A stretch of DNA of 63,984 nucleotides, the filler included, from Intoshia linei (lineage: Eukaryota > Animalia > Orthonectida): NCBI GenBank assembly GCA_001642005.1. It is 7 parts of 7 records of this genome, joined end to end, with 100 filler letters (N's around TTAATTAATTAA, not from the genome) between each part and the next. Parts side by side here need not be neighbours in the genome. Positions count along the whole stretch, not along the records: positions 14,911 to 40,438 come from LWCA01000496.1; 6 more parts are not named here. One strand, written 5' to 3'. Positions 24,901-37,439 of the stretch are shown here, piece after piece. A program made the position numbers and the translations under genes. The notes under the pieces were generated by a model. It was not told the DNA's origin. It ran no database searches and worked only from the letters and a program-made list of their open reading frames with translations. Within the stretch, counting starts at the first letter, position 1, and each line of letters begins with the position of its first letter.

Positions 24901-27900
24901 TGTTTGAAGGGAATTGCAATTTTTTATTTCTACTCAATATGGAACCAAATAATATTGGTAGAAAAAGTAATGTTAAAATCCCCGACAGCATATTAGACAA
25001 GTTTAGAACTTTTCATTTCATCATTCCGAACCTTGAGAAAATAAGTAAGAATCTCATGATATGCCATACTACTACAGAATTAAATCAGATGGGAAAAGCA
25101 TTGATCAAATATTTAAATATCGTCTATGCCATTTGTGGTTTTCAACCAAATGTAGTTTTAATTTTACAAGTGTATAAAGAATTGAATATTTCTAATCCAC
25201 AAAATGAAAATAATTTTAAAAAACTGCTTTTGGGACCGGCAATATCCAAAATTTTTTACCCTAAAATATCTCTACTACACTACCATTTAATAACAGATGT
25301 TTTTAAAATAATTTTTCAAGATTTATCAAACGTAAATGAAATTTTATTGGAACCCATGAAGCTCAGTACAAGTAAAATAAGCAGTAAAGAATTGGTGGAT
25401 AACATGGACCAATTCTTAATGGCTTTTGATGAATTGATATCTATTAGAAACTTGTCAAATTCATCTTATTTCATGTCGCAAGTGGCATCCATATATAATC
25501 AATTATGTACTAATGATTCCATATTCGTTTATGGACCCATCTTTACTGGTAAATCGACTTGCATAAATATTGCATTGGGAATATTTGAAAAACTTAATCT
25601 ACATGATAAAAATTACAATTCTATTCATCAGAATAGTATTGATTTCAATGCTCTCAGTTTCGATCAAATTTTTGGAAGTTATAACAAATATGGAGATTGG
25701 TCAGATGGCTATTTAGAAAGACAAATGAAACAGTGTAGTTTAAATTCCCTTAAACTATATGTACTTCACATTGAATCGGTTTTAGATCAGCACATGTGGT
25801 TTGATATCATAATGTATTTTATGAAAAATAACCACTTTTATTTAAATTCTGGGGACATAATCGGTATGCCGTATAACCTCAAAATTATAATAGAAACTAA
25901 TAGTATTACCAATTCATCACCACTTGTAATAATGTTACACCCCATACCATCAATTTATATATCGAATGTTGTCAATTCAGAATGCAATTTCTACAGAAAT
26001 AATAATATTCAAGTTATTTTCCCACATGATCACATGTTTAATCTTTTGCTAGAAAGATTTATAGTTGAAACATCAAGGTATTTACAAAACGATGAAGAAA
26101 TATCATGTCTTACAGAATTGTGCAATTGGCTCTTTAAACCAGTTATTGAATTTTGTATAGAAAAATGTCAAACCATTATTGGAAATTTTATTAATCCCGC
26201 TCTCTATCTTCAAAATTTTATCAAATATTTTTCAACCTTATTTTCCATTGAAAAAATAGATCAATTAAACAATTCAATGCTTCGATTACTGGCTATGCAA
26301 TCGTTATTTCAGGTATTTTAATTGATATTAAAAAATATAATATATATTTTAATGTAAATGCGAGAAAATGTTATATTTTTATTAACTTTATAATTTTTCA
26401 ATTACATTGTCCTTCCTTACTTATATAATATGCTACGCGATTTTTGTTTGTGTGTGTGTTCCAATTTATTGAAATAACTATTAGTCTTAGAATTTTATAA
26501 AGTCCACATTTCAATTACAGTTTTTTCCGGGACGTATAATAAGTGTGTTTACTTTATTAAGTGTGTATACTGAGTGTGTTTGTGTGTGTAACCATTTATT
26601 GAAAAAATTGACAATCATAGGATTTAAAAAAACCCAATTTCTAATGCAGTTTTTCCCAGAACGTATTTTTATTTATTTTTCAGTTTCAGAATTTTAGTCC
26701 TTCAGGGTCAAAAACCTGATTTTCTCTTTTGTTTAAAAAAAATCAGTTCAAAAATTTAATAAAACATACATTCTGGACGCGTTTTAAAATCATTAACTTG
26801 TCGTTAATTTTATCTTCAGAAACGCATACCTTAATGGTCAAAACCACAAATTACGCTTTGTTTTAAAAATGAAACATTTCCTAAAATTTTATAAAATATA
26901 AATTCTGGGATAGTTTTTAAAATCATAAGCATTATCATAAATGGCAACCTCAATCTGAGCTCAGTCGCTGATCTTTGTTGTCGGAAGTTACTATTCTGAA
27001 TACAAAATTAGTTATAAGGGTTTATTTTTTAATTTATATAATTGGTTATAATTAAATCATACTTAATTAACTTAATCTGGGATTATTTTAATATTATTTT
27101 TTGATAATTTCTCGTAAAGGGCTTTGTTAAAAAAATCTTAAATGACTTTCCCCTTTAAGGTTTGGTAAAAAAATAAAATTTGAAATTCCCTTCTACTTTC
27201 CCTTCAAGGGCTTGGTACATAAAAATCTTAAAAAAACCTCCTGTTGAAGGTTTCGTCAAAAAAATAATCTGAAAGTTACCGATTGACAGTTTGGTAAATA
27301 TATAATTTTTATATTATGAAAATGAGACTTATTTACCGTTTCCCATAATTGAACGATAAGTTGAACTGATCTATAAATGAAACTGTAACTTATGACTTGC
27401 GAAAAAATATATTTTAATATTAATTCCCTTAACATTTCTCAAGTCCGTAAAAGTAGTGCCCGTGTCGTGGCGTTTCACCATAAATTCAAACTTGCTAATT
27501 CAGTGAATTATAATTATATCCTAAATTTCTGAATAATATAACCAAATAGAATAATTTTTATAAATTTTTCCCGTAGACTATTCGTGGGTACATGGCACTT
27601 ATTGGGACCCCTGTAATATGCAATAATATAGTAATGTATGCACTAGTATCTAAAATATCTACAAAATTTTAAAATTTTATATTTCTATAAACTTTAGTTT
27701 TCTATCGTTTGGTCAATTGGAGCCTTGATAATTCAAAACGATCAAAAAGAATTTGAATTATTTTATAGAAACTTGACAACTAGTCAAATAACCAAACACC
27801 GTGCTCCAAATATTTTAAGACTAAATAAGGTAAATTATTTTTAATTTATTGTAAGTTTTTTTAGAACTCTTTAATTCCACAAAAAAATTCCATATATGAT

Positions 27901-30900
27901 TACTATTATGAAATTGGCTATACCTGGAAATCATGGAGTGATTTAAAATTCGAAAAATTCCCTTTGACGGAAGAAATGGATTATAATAGTGATTTGACAT
28001 CTTGTGTAGCACAAATGTATTTTAGCTATAAATTTTTTGAAAACAAACAAAATGTTGTTGTTTTGGGAGATAAACAGAGTGGCAAATCTTTCAATTTTAA
28101 ACAGTTATTGAATCAGTACAATCTGCATACATATTTAACTATTTGTATTCCATCAGAATCATCACATAATGAAATGGCGTCAGAGATTATATCTAAATTG
28201 GAGAGAAAATCTAAAAATCTATATGCTCCAGCATTTGATAATAATTTTATAATTTATGTGGATGATGTTACTTTACCGAATTTATCGATAGAACGACAAG
28301 ACCTTGACTATCCTATTATGGGTACGATTAGTAATTATTCAAAACAAGGAACTATATATAACGAATCGGAATTTGAATTTCTGCATGTTGATAAATGTAC
28401 TATGGGTGTTTCATTGAAAGGTGATATCGAAGATGTTCAATTTAATTGCAATTTTTATCGTTACTTTATTAAATTCGTTCCAATTATTAAAAAACCTTTA
28501 GATAAATCTGAAATATTATCCATTTTATGTAATTTTTTTGATATAGTGTATACTAAAAACTCACCGATATTCATGGTAAAAATTTGCGAGGCTACCGTTA
28601 ACTTATACGAGTGGGTATTTGATCTGTTGCACGACCAAAGAAATATTCCTCATAGAAACATATTATTGTCTTTGACCGACGTATTTTTAGTGATTAAAAA
28701 TATTCATAAATTTGGTTCTTCTATTGGTGTTTCCAATAAGCAACCTTACATCATAGAACCAATTTTATTAAGATGGATCAACGAATTATTCAACAACATA
28801 TTTATGAGAATTTTTCATTTTGTTCAAGATATTGAACAATTTTACACACGTATTGCCATTCAATTGAAACAATATTTCAAAGTCAATTGGGAAGATTTAA
28901 AAATGTCTACATTTGAAGATATTTCCTTGTTTGGGATTTTACCCGAAAAGTACAACAAATCCAGTAAAGTAAACAATAAAGATCCAAAATTGGAACAATA
29001 TGGATTATTCTCGAGCATGGCATATGTAAAACAGAGAATTAATGAATATTTGATTGAATATCAAAATGATAATAATACTGAATTTAACGAATTATGCTGC
29101 ACGACACAGATGGCTAAAATCATTTTAGGCATAAGTAGAAGTTTATACGACAATGAAAATGACTATAATTGTACGTATTACCTTAATGGCAAAATTGGAA
29201 CAGGGAAAATAAAAATTTTAAAATTAGCGGCGAAATTACTCAATGTAGGTTTTTTAGATTTAAATTTTACAAAAAACCCTATCGATACACTTAAAGAATA
29301 CATATCAATTTATAAAAGTGATATTGCTGAAAATTGTTCAAAAGCAATATTTATTGCAATAAGTAATGCTAATATATTGTATGACAATGAATTTGTAAAT
29401 TTAATTATACGGTACAACAAAAATAGCAATTTTGAAATATACCTAGATGAATCCCAAAAAGAAACTGAAAATGAAATGTGGTTAAAAAAAATTTCTACTA
29501 TCATTAGATGTAAATTCTTCATTACTGTTGATTGTATTAATATAATCGAAAAAAGCCATCTAAAAAAGGATATAATGACTCTAAAACCCTTTCATTTTTC
29601 ACGGTTATCTGAAAAACAAATTTTACATGAAAAGTATATAAGAAAATTATTAGAATCTTGTAAAATATATAATGTTAAATCGTGGACTGAAAGTACACTT
29701 CAAGAAATTATAAATTATTATATTAATCCAAGCGTACCTCCAGAATATCGAGATAGTATCCAGCCTCTTGTTATTGGAATGTACTCAATCTACATTCATT
29801 ATTTTAAAAAGTGATTTTTAATATTTTAAAATGTTTATTTATTTTAGATTCGCTAATATACACAAAATTGACTATGCTAAATTCACACACCACACAAAAT
29901 TTATCAACTATTGTAAAAATGTGAAAAAATTTCTACTTCAACATTCAAATCATTTGAACCATTTGCTAGAACAGATTGAAAAATATCATCAAATACTATC
30001 AAAATCGGAATCAGAGTTAAAAAATATGAAAATACATTTAAAAAAAGTTGAAGAAAAATTGAAAATAACTGTGAATCAAACAAACGTATTAGTGGACCAA
30101 CGAGAATGTGAAACCTTTGAAATTGAAGAAAAAAAGGAAGCACTAGCTGCTGAAGAAGCAATGGTATAATGAAAAATTATTTTTATATTTTGAAAATTTA
30201 GTCAAACGAAATTGTGGCACGTGCTACACAAATACGAAACGAATGTGAGAATGATGTAACATTGGCTAAACCACTATTGGAGGAAGCATGTACGGCGCTC
30301 AACGACATTAATTTGAACGATATAGCCGACGTAAAAGCAATGCGAAACCCTCACGTAATAATAAAACTCGTCATGGAATCAGTATGCGTTTTATTAGAAA
30401 TTAAACCGGAAAGAAAAAAAGACAGAAATACGGGGAAACCATACGATGATTACTGGTCTTCAACTCAAAAACTTCTCAGTGACATTAAAATGATAGATCG
30501 TTTAAAATTATATGATAAAGATAACATACCTCAAGCCATTATTCAAAAATTGAGAGAGAAATATATCAGTAATCCAATATTTGACCCTAAAGTAGTCAGA
30601 AAAGCATCAATCGCAGTTGAAGGTTTGTGCAAATGGGTAATTGCGATTGATAAATACGATAGAATTTCCAAAGAAATTGCACCAAAGCGTGATAAATTAT
30701 TAATGGCTGATAAGGAAGTCATTACAAAAAAATTAGAAGTCCAAGCCAAATCTAATGAAATTTTGGAAATGGAACAACGAATTGAGGAATTAAAAGATGA
30801 ACATGAAAATATGCAAATTAAAAAAAATAACCTGATGGCTAATGTAACGGAATCTAAATCCCGATTGAAAAATGCTCAAGATATTTATAACACTTTAGAA

Positions 30901-33900
30901 GACGAATCTGAAATGTGGCAAGCAAAGAAAGAAAACCATACAAAACTTCAAAATACTCTAATGGCTGATGTTTGTCTTTTTTCAGCATTCATTACATATA
31001 TGGGTGTTTTTCAAGAAACAGATAGAAATTTAATGGTAGTGGAATGGTATGACTTGATTGAAGAAACTATTGAACAAAAACCAGGATTTGTGGATGGTGA
31101 TTATGACTATATTTTAGAAATGTGCAATCTAAGAAAATTTTGTAAACCCATTACTAGTAAAATTAATAGTAAATCCAAAATAATGTTGCAAAATGTTTCC
31201 ATTATTATAAAATCAAATTTATTCTTGATCCTATACGACCCAGACGGTATATTTTATTTAATGTGACAGAAATTTTTAATTTCACTAAACACTAAACTTT
31301 ACATAAAAATCCCGACTTTACATAAATTTCCCTTCAAGAAATGAACATTTAGGTGTATAGAATAGAAAAATTAAAATTTCACAAGAATATTTCATTTTTA
31401 TTTAAGTTAATTTTCTTATCTATGACAGAGGTCGTGATATACCAGTGTTCTACCCTTTCGATGGGGACGCGTTACATATTGATAAAAATGCAAAAATTTT
31501 ATATCGGTCGTGTTTTTTTAAAAATCTTACTGGTCTATTAGATTTTCGAAGGTAAACAGCAGATCTTATGCATAAATAGTTTCTAGTAGAACCCTGCGTA
31601 GGTAAACATGTTCCAATTCTACCCGCTCTAAGTTTTTTTATTACGATCTGTACATCATGATTAGTATCCTATTGTATTTTTGATATATTAACTTCAACGG
31701 TGAAAAATTGAGTACCAATACAAACATCAATTTTAAGTAAACCATTACAAATTTTTTTACAAAACGTACCTAACCGGCGCGTATACCCATAGCCACGACC
31801 GTAAAAATCAAGAAATAGGCCCATATAAATAAATATAAAATATTGTTTTAAAAATGGGAGGTCTATACATTGTTTAATCCAGTGTTTCCCAACCTTTTTT
31901 GTACTAGGGCCCACTTCAAACAATGACCGTTAGGTCAAAACAAGTTAGGTTAAAAGTTAAATCAAAAAAGAATTATTATTAATTCAGTGACTATTTTTTA
32001 CTAAAAACAATAATTATTTTAATAAATTACAAATCAACAGCTTTTATTAGCCAATTGTATACGTAATCGAAAGTCGAGTTAACATAACAATACATTATAA
32101 CATTTATTTTATATAATTAATTATATTACTGAACCTGACATTACTATTCTTACAGATTATCTTAATAGTATTAAATAGGTATGACACATGAAAATCATTT
32201 ATGATTTTTATTTAATTTCAGTGTTTATTACCGTTTAATTACAAAATTAAGTCCTAGAATTAAAAAAACACCAATTTCTAATAGTTTTTCGAGAGTAATA
32301 TTAACGAAAATTTTAATTTCAGAAATTGAGTCCCTCAGGATAAAAAATAGAAATTATGTTTTTTTTAATAAATAATAAAATCAGTAATAGAATTTTAAAG
32401 AATATATATTCTGGGATGCGTTTTAACATCATTACTATTGTCGTCAATCTCAAAATCAAAAAAACTTACATCTTATGGCCAAAATCCCAAATTACACGTT
32501 TTTTGAAAAGTGTAATAGTAAATGTTGCAGTATTTTATAAAACATAAATTCTGTATATTTTTTTAAATCATGAGCATTATCATAAATCACAACCTTAAAA
32601 CCAATTAAAAAGTCGGTCTCGGCAGAGCTAGCTGCTGTTTGTACGAAGTACATAAGATTCAAGCTGGTATTGTACAAAAATAACTTTAAATGAATCTTAA
32701 GTTTTCATAATTCTGATAAATTCGCGAAATTTCCCAGGTTCCACCAAACTGACCACTAGTGGTGCCTACGGTTAGTAAACACTGAAATTAAAATCGTAAC
32801 GACCATTGAACATTTTTGTTCATTGAATCATGTATAATTGTTTAATTAATTGTCTTTAGATATTGCTGAAAAATATATTCGTTTTTATGAAAAAGAGAAC
32901 AACATTCAAACAATATTGGCTTCAGTATCAGAGGACAGATGGCTGAATAATTTTAACGATTGCCTCTACCTTGATAATCCTATTTTAGTTATTTATCATT
33001 TTGATTACATACATGATAAAGTATTACAAATAATAAACAGCTTAAATGCCCAATCTCACCTGTACAATTTAACTAATCTGGACAATAAAAATGTAATTAG
33101 GCATAAACAGATTTATTTTTGCATCAAATATATTAAACCATGTAATTTATCAGATGTATTATACCAAACATGTGTCATTGATTTTTCTGCAGATTTAAAT
33201 TGTGCACAAAAAAAAATTGTTGAAACTATTGCAGAATCATTTGGCATCATCAGTGAGCTGGAATATATAGACTATCAAAATAAAATCTATGAAAAACAAT
33301 TAATTATAAATAAATATAATGAAGATATTATTGATTTTTCGATTTCCTTGGAAGACGATATGGTTAATAATGCAGAAAAGATTTCAGATATTATAATGTT
33401 AAAGGGTAAACAAGTTGAAGTTTATGAGTCGTTAAAAGAAGAAACTGTGGAGAAAACAAGCAGTGTTGTAGTTGACACTATAATTAGATTTTATCAAGCT
33501 TTCAGGTTTACGAACCGCGTTGATCCATTTTATAAGATTTATAATACCTTTGAAAGTATCAATGATGTTATTGAAAACTGCAAATCGGCAAAACTTTCTG
33601 TAGATATGTCTGAAAATGAAATTGAGTGTGTATTAATACAAGATGTGTGGCCCATATTGTCGGTGCGATATTCTTCTGGTCACAAGGGAATTTTTGAAAA
33701 ATTGTTTGCTCATAAAAACCTTAACCGTATGGAAACATGGGATTCACTGCAAATTACATTGCAAGAAATGATAATGCAACACAATAGCAAAAACAATCAA
33801 ATATCTAAACGATTGAATTTACCAAATCCTTTGAGTTTGTGTGAATTGGTAAAAAAAACTAATTTTTCAAGTATATCTAGTTATCCTTTGTACGTTATAA

Positions 33901-35792
33901 AAACAGATTCAATTCAATATTCTCTAAACAAAATTTATGAATGTGATGAAATTTTAAACAAGTCGAATATAATTCATTTACCAGAAATATCAGACTTGTC
34001 TTCAAACTCTGCCAATTATGAAAGCATCGTAAAATGTATCAAAAAAGGTTGTTGGTTAATTATTTCAAAATTAACATTATCATGCCAAGATTATGTTTTA
34101 ATTGATAAATTCATCAATCATTATTTAATATACAAAACTAAATTTTCCATGTGGTTAATAGCATCAAATTTAAATTGGGATTGTATACCTTTAAATATTT
34201 TAAATAAATCTGTTCGGATTACACTCGAATCCAAAATTTCTCAAAGCCACTCAAAAATAAAAAATTTCATATTGCCTCAAGTAAAATATCTTTCGACAAA
34301 TGTAAACATGGTAGAGGAGAAATTGAATTTTTTAAACAATTCAAATCACAATAATAAAAAATATTTCGAGTATCACAAGAGTCTACAAAATTTAATTAAT
34401 CAAATTCAAAAATCAATTTATTTTTTCCAAGAAAGTTTAGCAGAAAATAGTTCATTTATTGTTGATAATGTTTCTCCAAATTCAATTAGTTCTGCCTCTT
34501 CTGTAGTATCAGGGGATAAAGATAAACCTGCCATCCCTAAAAAATGTAATAGTGTCATCAACAATTATCTGCTTGCCGAAATAAAAAACTTGGTTCTTAT
34601 TTGCAGAAATGTAAATAGCTCAATTTACAGTTATCTGAATTGTATACATAACACACTTAACCATTCCTATGTCAAATGTAACAGTGTGAATTGTTTAGAC
34701 ATAACATCAGATATAGTTCCCTCATGGTGCATTAAAGATACTCACATTTCAAAACCGTATGACGGAAACGTTTCGATTCAGTATATTATAGATCAAATGC
34801 ACGAGAGGTATTATTTAAATTTAGTATAATCATTATTTTTAGGTTTTTACACATGACGGATTTGTTTGATAAAAAAACGTTTACGTTCAATGCAAATTAT
34901 TTTACTCACATGTCCAAATTATTTAGTGGTAAGTTTTATATACAAGTTAATAGTTACACAATTATTTATACTTTGAATAATATTATACTTTATTATCATG
35001 AATACAGAATAATTCATGGGTGCGCGGAACGGGCTATTTACTTTTCTGAAATACAAAAAGTCCATTAATTTAATTTTTCTAATATTTAAATAAATACTGA
35101 CTGTGCTTGTCAAATTATTTCCTAAATTGATCAAAAATAAAAATATTTCCTTTTTAAGAATTTAGTATGTACGAGTAACCAATTTAAAAGTATATATAAA
35201 GAAATCATATAATTTGTCATTATTCTTAAAAAAAGTTTATTCTTTATTTGAGGAATTAGCTTGTATTGTCTTTTTTTAAGTACATTTTTTATATATTTTA
35301 GTTGTTCAACTGCATTATTCGATGATTACCAATTGCCAATTTCAGCTAGTTATTTTGGTAACACAATTACTGGATAATGAATCTGAAGTGTCCAGTATAA
35401 CGGAGACAATCTCTTCTATTCAAGATATTGCTAAATCCAATTCTACATATAATATCGAAGTATTCATTAAAAATTGATCATTATTAAAAATGAATCATAT
35501 AAAAATATAAAAATTTTAGAACTTTGTAGTCGAAATTGACGATTTTACATCACATGTTTCCATTTATCCAAGCATGCTCAATATGGGAATAAAAGTAAAA
35601 TACCTTGATACTCAATTAATGTTGTTGGATGAAAAAGAGGAACTACTTCCTAGAGATGTTTTAAATTTCAATACAGTACAAACATCATTTACTTTTGATG
35701 ACGATCTCATTTCAATCATTCAAAAATACGGATACAACCGAGTATTTATACGTCGACGTCAAACAAAAATGGAAACAAACACGGATAATTAA
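18915..35792 (+). CDS. DNAH3: Axonemal dynein heavy chain, DNAH3/DNAH7-like inner-arm type, highly divergent with degenerate AAA1; multi-exon, roughly 4000 aa
   Basis: Colinear dynein landmarks across many GT-AG exons. DNAH3-type N-terminus TWTLNPSIHDNVIYRSPSNTIGNNYSPKAKDL and IIRAPVPW; linker ALRERHW and QVQSFWVYLKPMF; FEWLKQMRY and TDRCTR before AAA1; AAA2 GPIFTGKS; AAA3 GDKQSGKS and YVDDVTLP; AAA4 GKIGTGK; stalk/MTBD MRNPHVIIKLVMESVC...YDKDNIP...EGLCKWV...APKR; AAA5 ILYDPD.IAEKYIRFYEKENN; AAA6 KKGCWLII and FSMWLI. Start and last exons are inferred from splice phase. Orthology to DNAH3 specifically is tentative. Confidence 0.92.
26414..27000 (+). mobile_element. Helitron-like element 5' portion inside dynein intron 26313-27697
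   Basis: Starts TCCTTACTTATATAATATGCTACGCGATTTTTGTTTGTGTGTGTG, the same 5' end as 11753; similar sequence at about 58140-58390. Right boundary approximate. Confidence 0.55.
31880..32784. mobile_element. hAT-like MITE shell with a nested Helitron-like 3' fragment, inside dynein intron 31247-32859
   Basis: CAGTGTTTCCCAACC at 31880 and GGTTAGTAAACACTG ending 32784; Helitron-like hairpin plus CTGG end at 32620-32667. TSD not recognisable. Confidence 0.5.
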
Positions 35793-35808
35793 TTTATATA
35801 TTAAACAT

Positions 35809-37267
35809 TTAATTACATATTTTCATTCTTGGTACTGTTTTCATGTTGTCTTCACATGTGGTTTTGTAATCGTTTATCAGACTTTGTAAGGAATATATTG
35901 AATTGTTGAAATAGGATTCATCCATGCCATCCACGTTTAAATAGTGATGGAGGTGAGCTTTGCGTTTATATAATTTTTTAAAAGAAACGCTCATATTTTG
36001 AAACATATTTACAATATCGCCAGAATTTCTTAAAGCTAAAATAGCATAATCATGGCTTAACGGCTTTGCAGAACAAATACTAATCTTCCAAAAATTGGAA
36101 CAGGTCTTAGTGAATATTTGCCTTTTACTAATAATGGCATCTAAATTAGACCGTATATCATATATATTTAAATTTCCCCTAGTGCAAATACAACATGATA
36201 ATGTGGTACCAACAGGAACATGCATTAAATCTTTAGCCGGTTTTGGAGTATTTATGCTGATTCCAGTGGCTAAAAAATCTATAAATGTATTTCTTAGAGA
36301 AAAAATTCCATTGAAAGAATCAGTTATAGACCTCGGTGAATCAAATATTGGGCTTTGAGAAGATATAACGTAGTTTAATCTAGGTAATGGTACCAAATTT
36401 ACTGGAAGCTCACCAAGATCCATATTCAGTATACCATCGAGTCTAGATGAACTTGTTAAATTTAGTAGCAGTGATGCAATTAGACTATTGATGCTATCAA
36501 AGTTGTTTTTTGATTTTTTTTTGATAAAACTAGAATTAACCATTCTAAATAACTGTTTGTTTTCTATAGGAATTACTAAGTCTGAAAATTCTGATACTAT
36601 ATTTGTAGCCAAAACAGAATTGTATGGAGAAGTAATCACATCGTCTGGGTCTTGAGAAGATGGGTAAATGGGAAGAGATATTCTTTGAATCTTTTCATAT
36701 TCGTCCGATAGAATATGCATTATTTTAGAACCTAAACCTGATCCCGTTCCTAAATGTAATGATATATTGCATTATAATTATTACCTCCGCCCATTGAATG
36801 AGTTATAAAAAAACAAGACATTGAATCACAATATTCAACAGATTTTCGAATAGTCTCTATAATCTTATTTGAATAATCGTTTCCATAAAAATGGTATCCC
36901 ACTGCCCAATTATTACCAGAGCCAGAGACACTACTTAAAATTTGTGTGTTGTCAAATAGTTCCGATAATCTCCCACGCTTTATTTCATTTAAAACTCCCT
37001 CCTCCATATCTATTAATATTGCTCTTGCTCTCAGTGACTGTATTGTAGAACCTACTTGTTGAGTTTTATTTTTTTGGTTGCAATTTTGGAAAAATGACGA
37101 CATGGAATTGTCAAAAATTCCATCCTTGTTGAAGATACTATGCTCTTTCAAAGCTAGATCCCAGAATTTTTGCGCAATTTGATTTCCACATTGACCAACA
37201 CTATATTTTCAATGTTTACAAATGTTTTATTTAGATAATCATACTGAATAAATATGGACTGTGACAT
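35809..37267 (-). CDS. TUBE1: Epsilon-tubulin, about 459 aa, 3 exons
   Basis: Exons 37267-37245, 37200-36785 and 36749-35809 splice to MSQSIFIHVGQCGNQIAQKFWDLALKEH...LRARAILIDMEEGV...SGSGNNWAVG...HSMGGGTGSGLGS...DDVITSPYNSVLA...KLYKRKAHLHHY, the epsilon-tubulin-specific motifs. Confidence 0.96.
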
Positions 37268-37439
37268 TTCACTTTTTTATTTAAATTTTATATTTTATTT
37301 TATAGCAATAAATTTCATTTGATGCTAGATTTTACGCACAAATTATGTTATCCAGAAAATTTATTCGTGATATTTTATATATCCTCTTATTATATATATA
37401 TTCATACAGCATACAATTAATTGGAGTTGATCTTCAAGT

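Noticed and set aside
29310-36358. Antisense ORFs (29310, 29904, 30543, 34919, 36095) and alternative-frame ORFs
   Set aside because: Shadow frames of dynein and tubulin coding sequence with no independent evidence.
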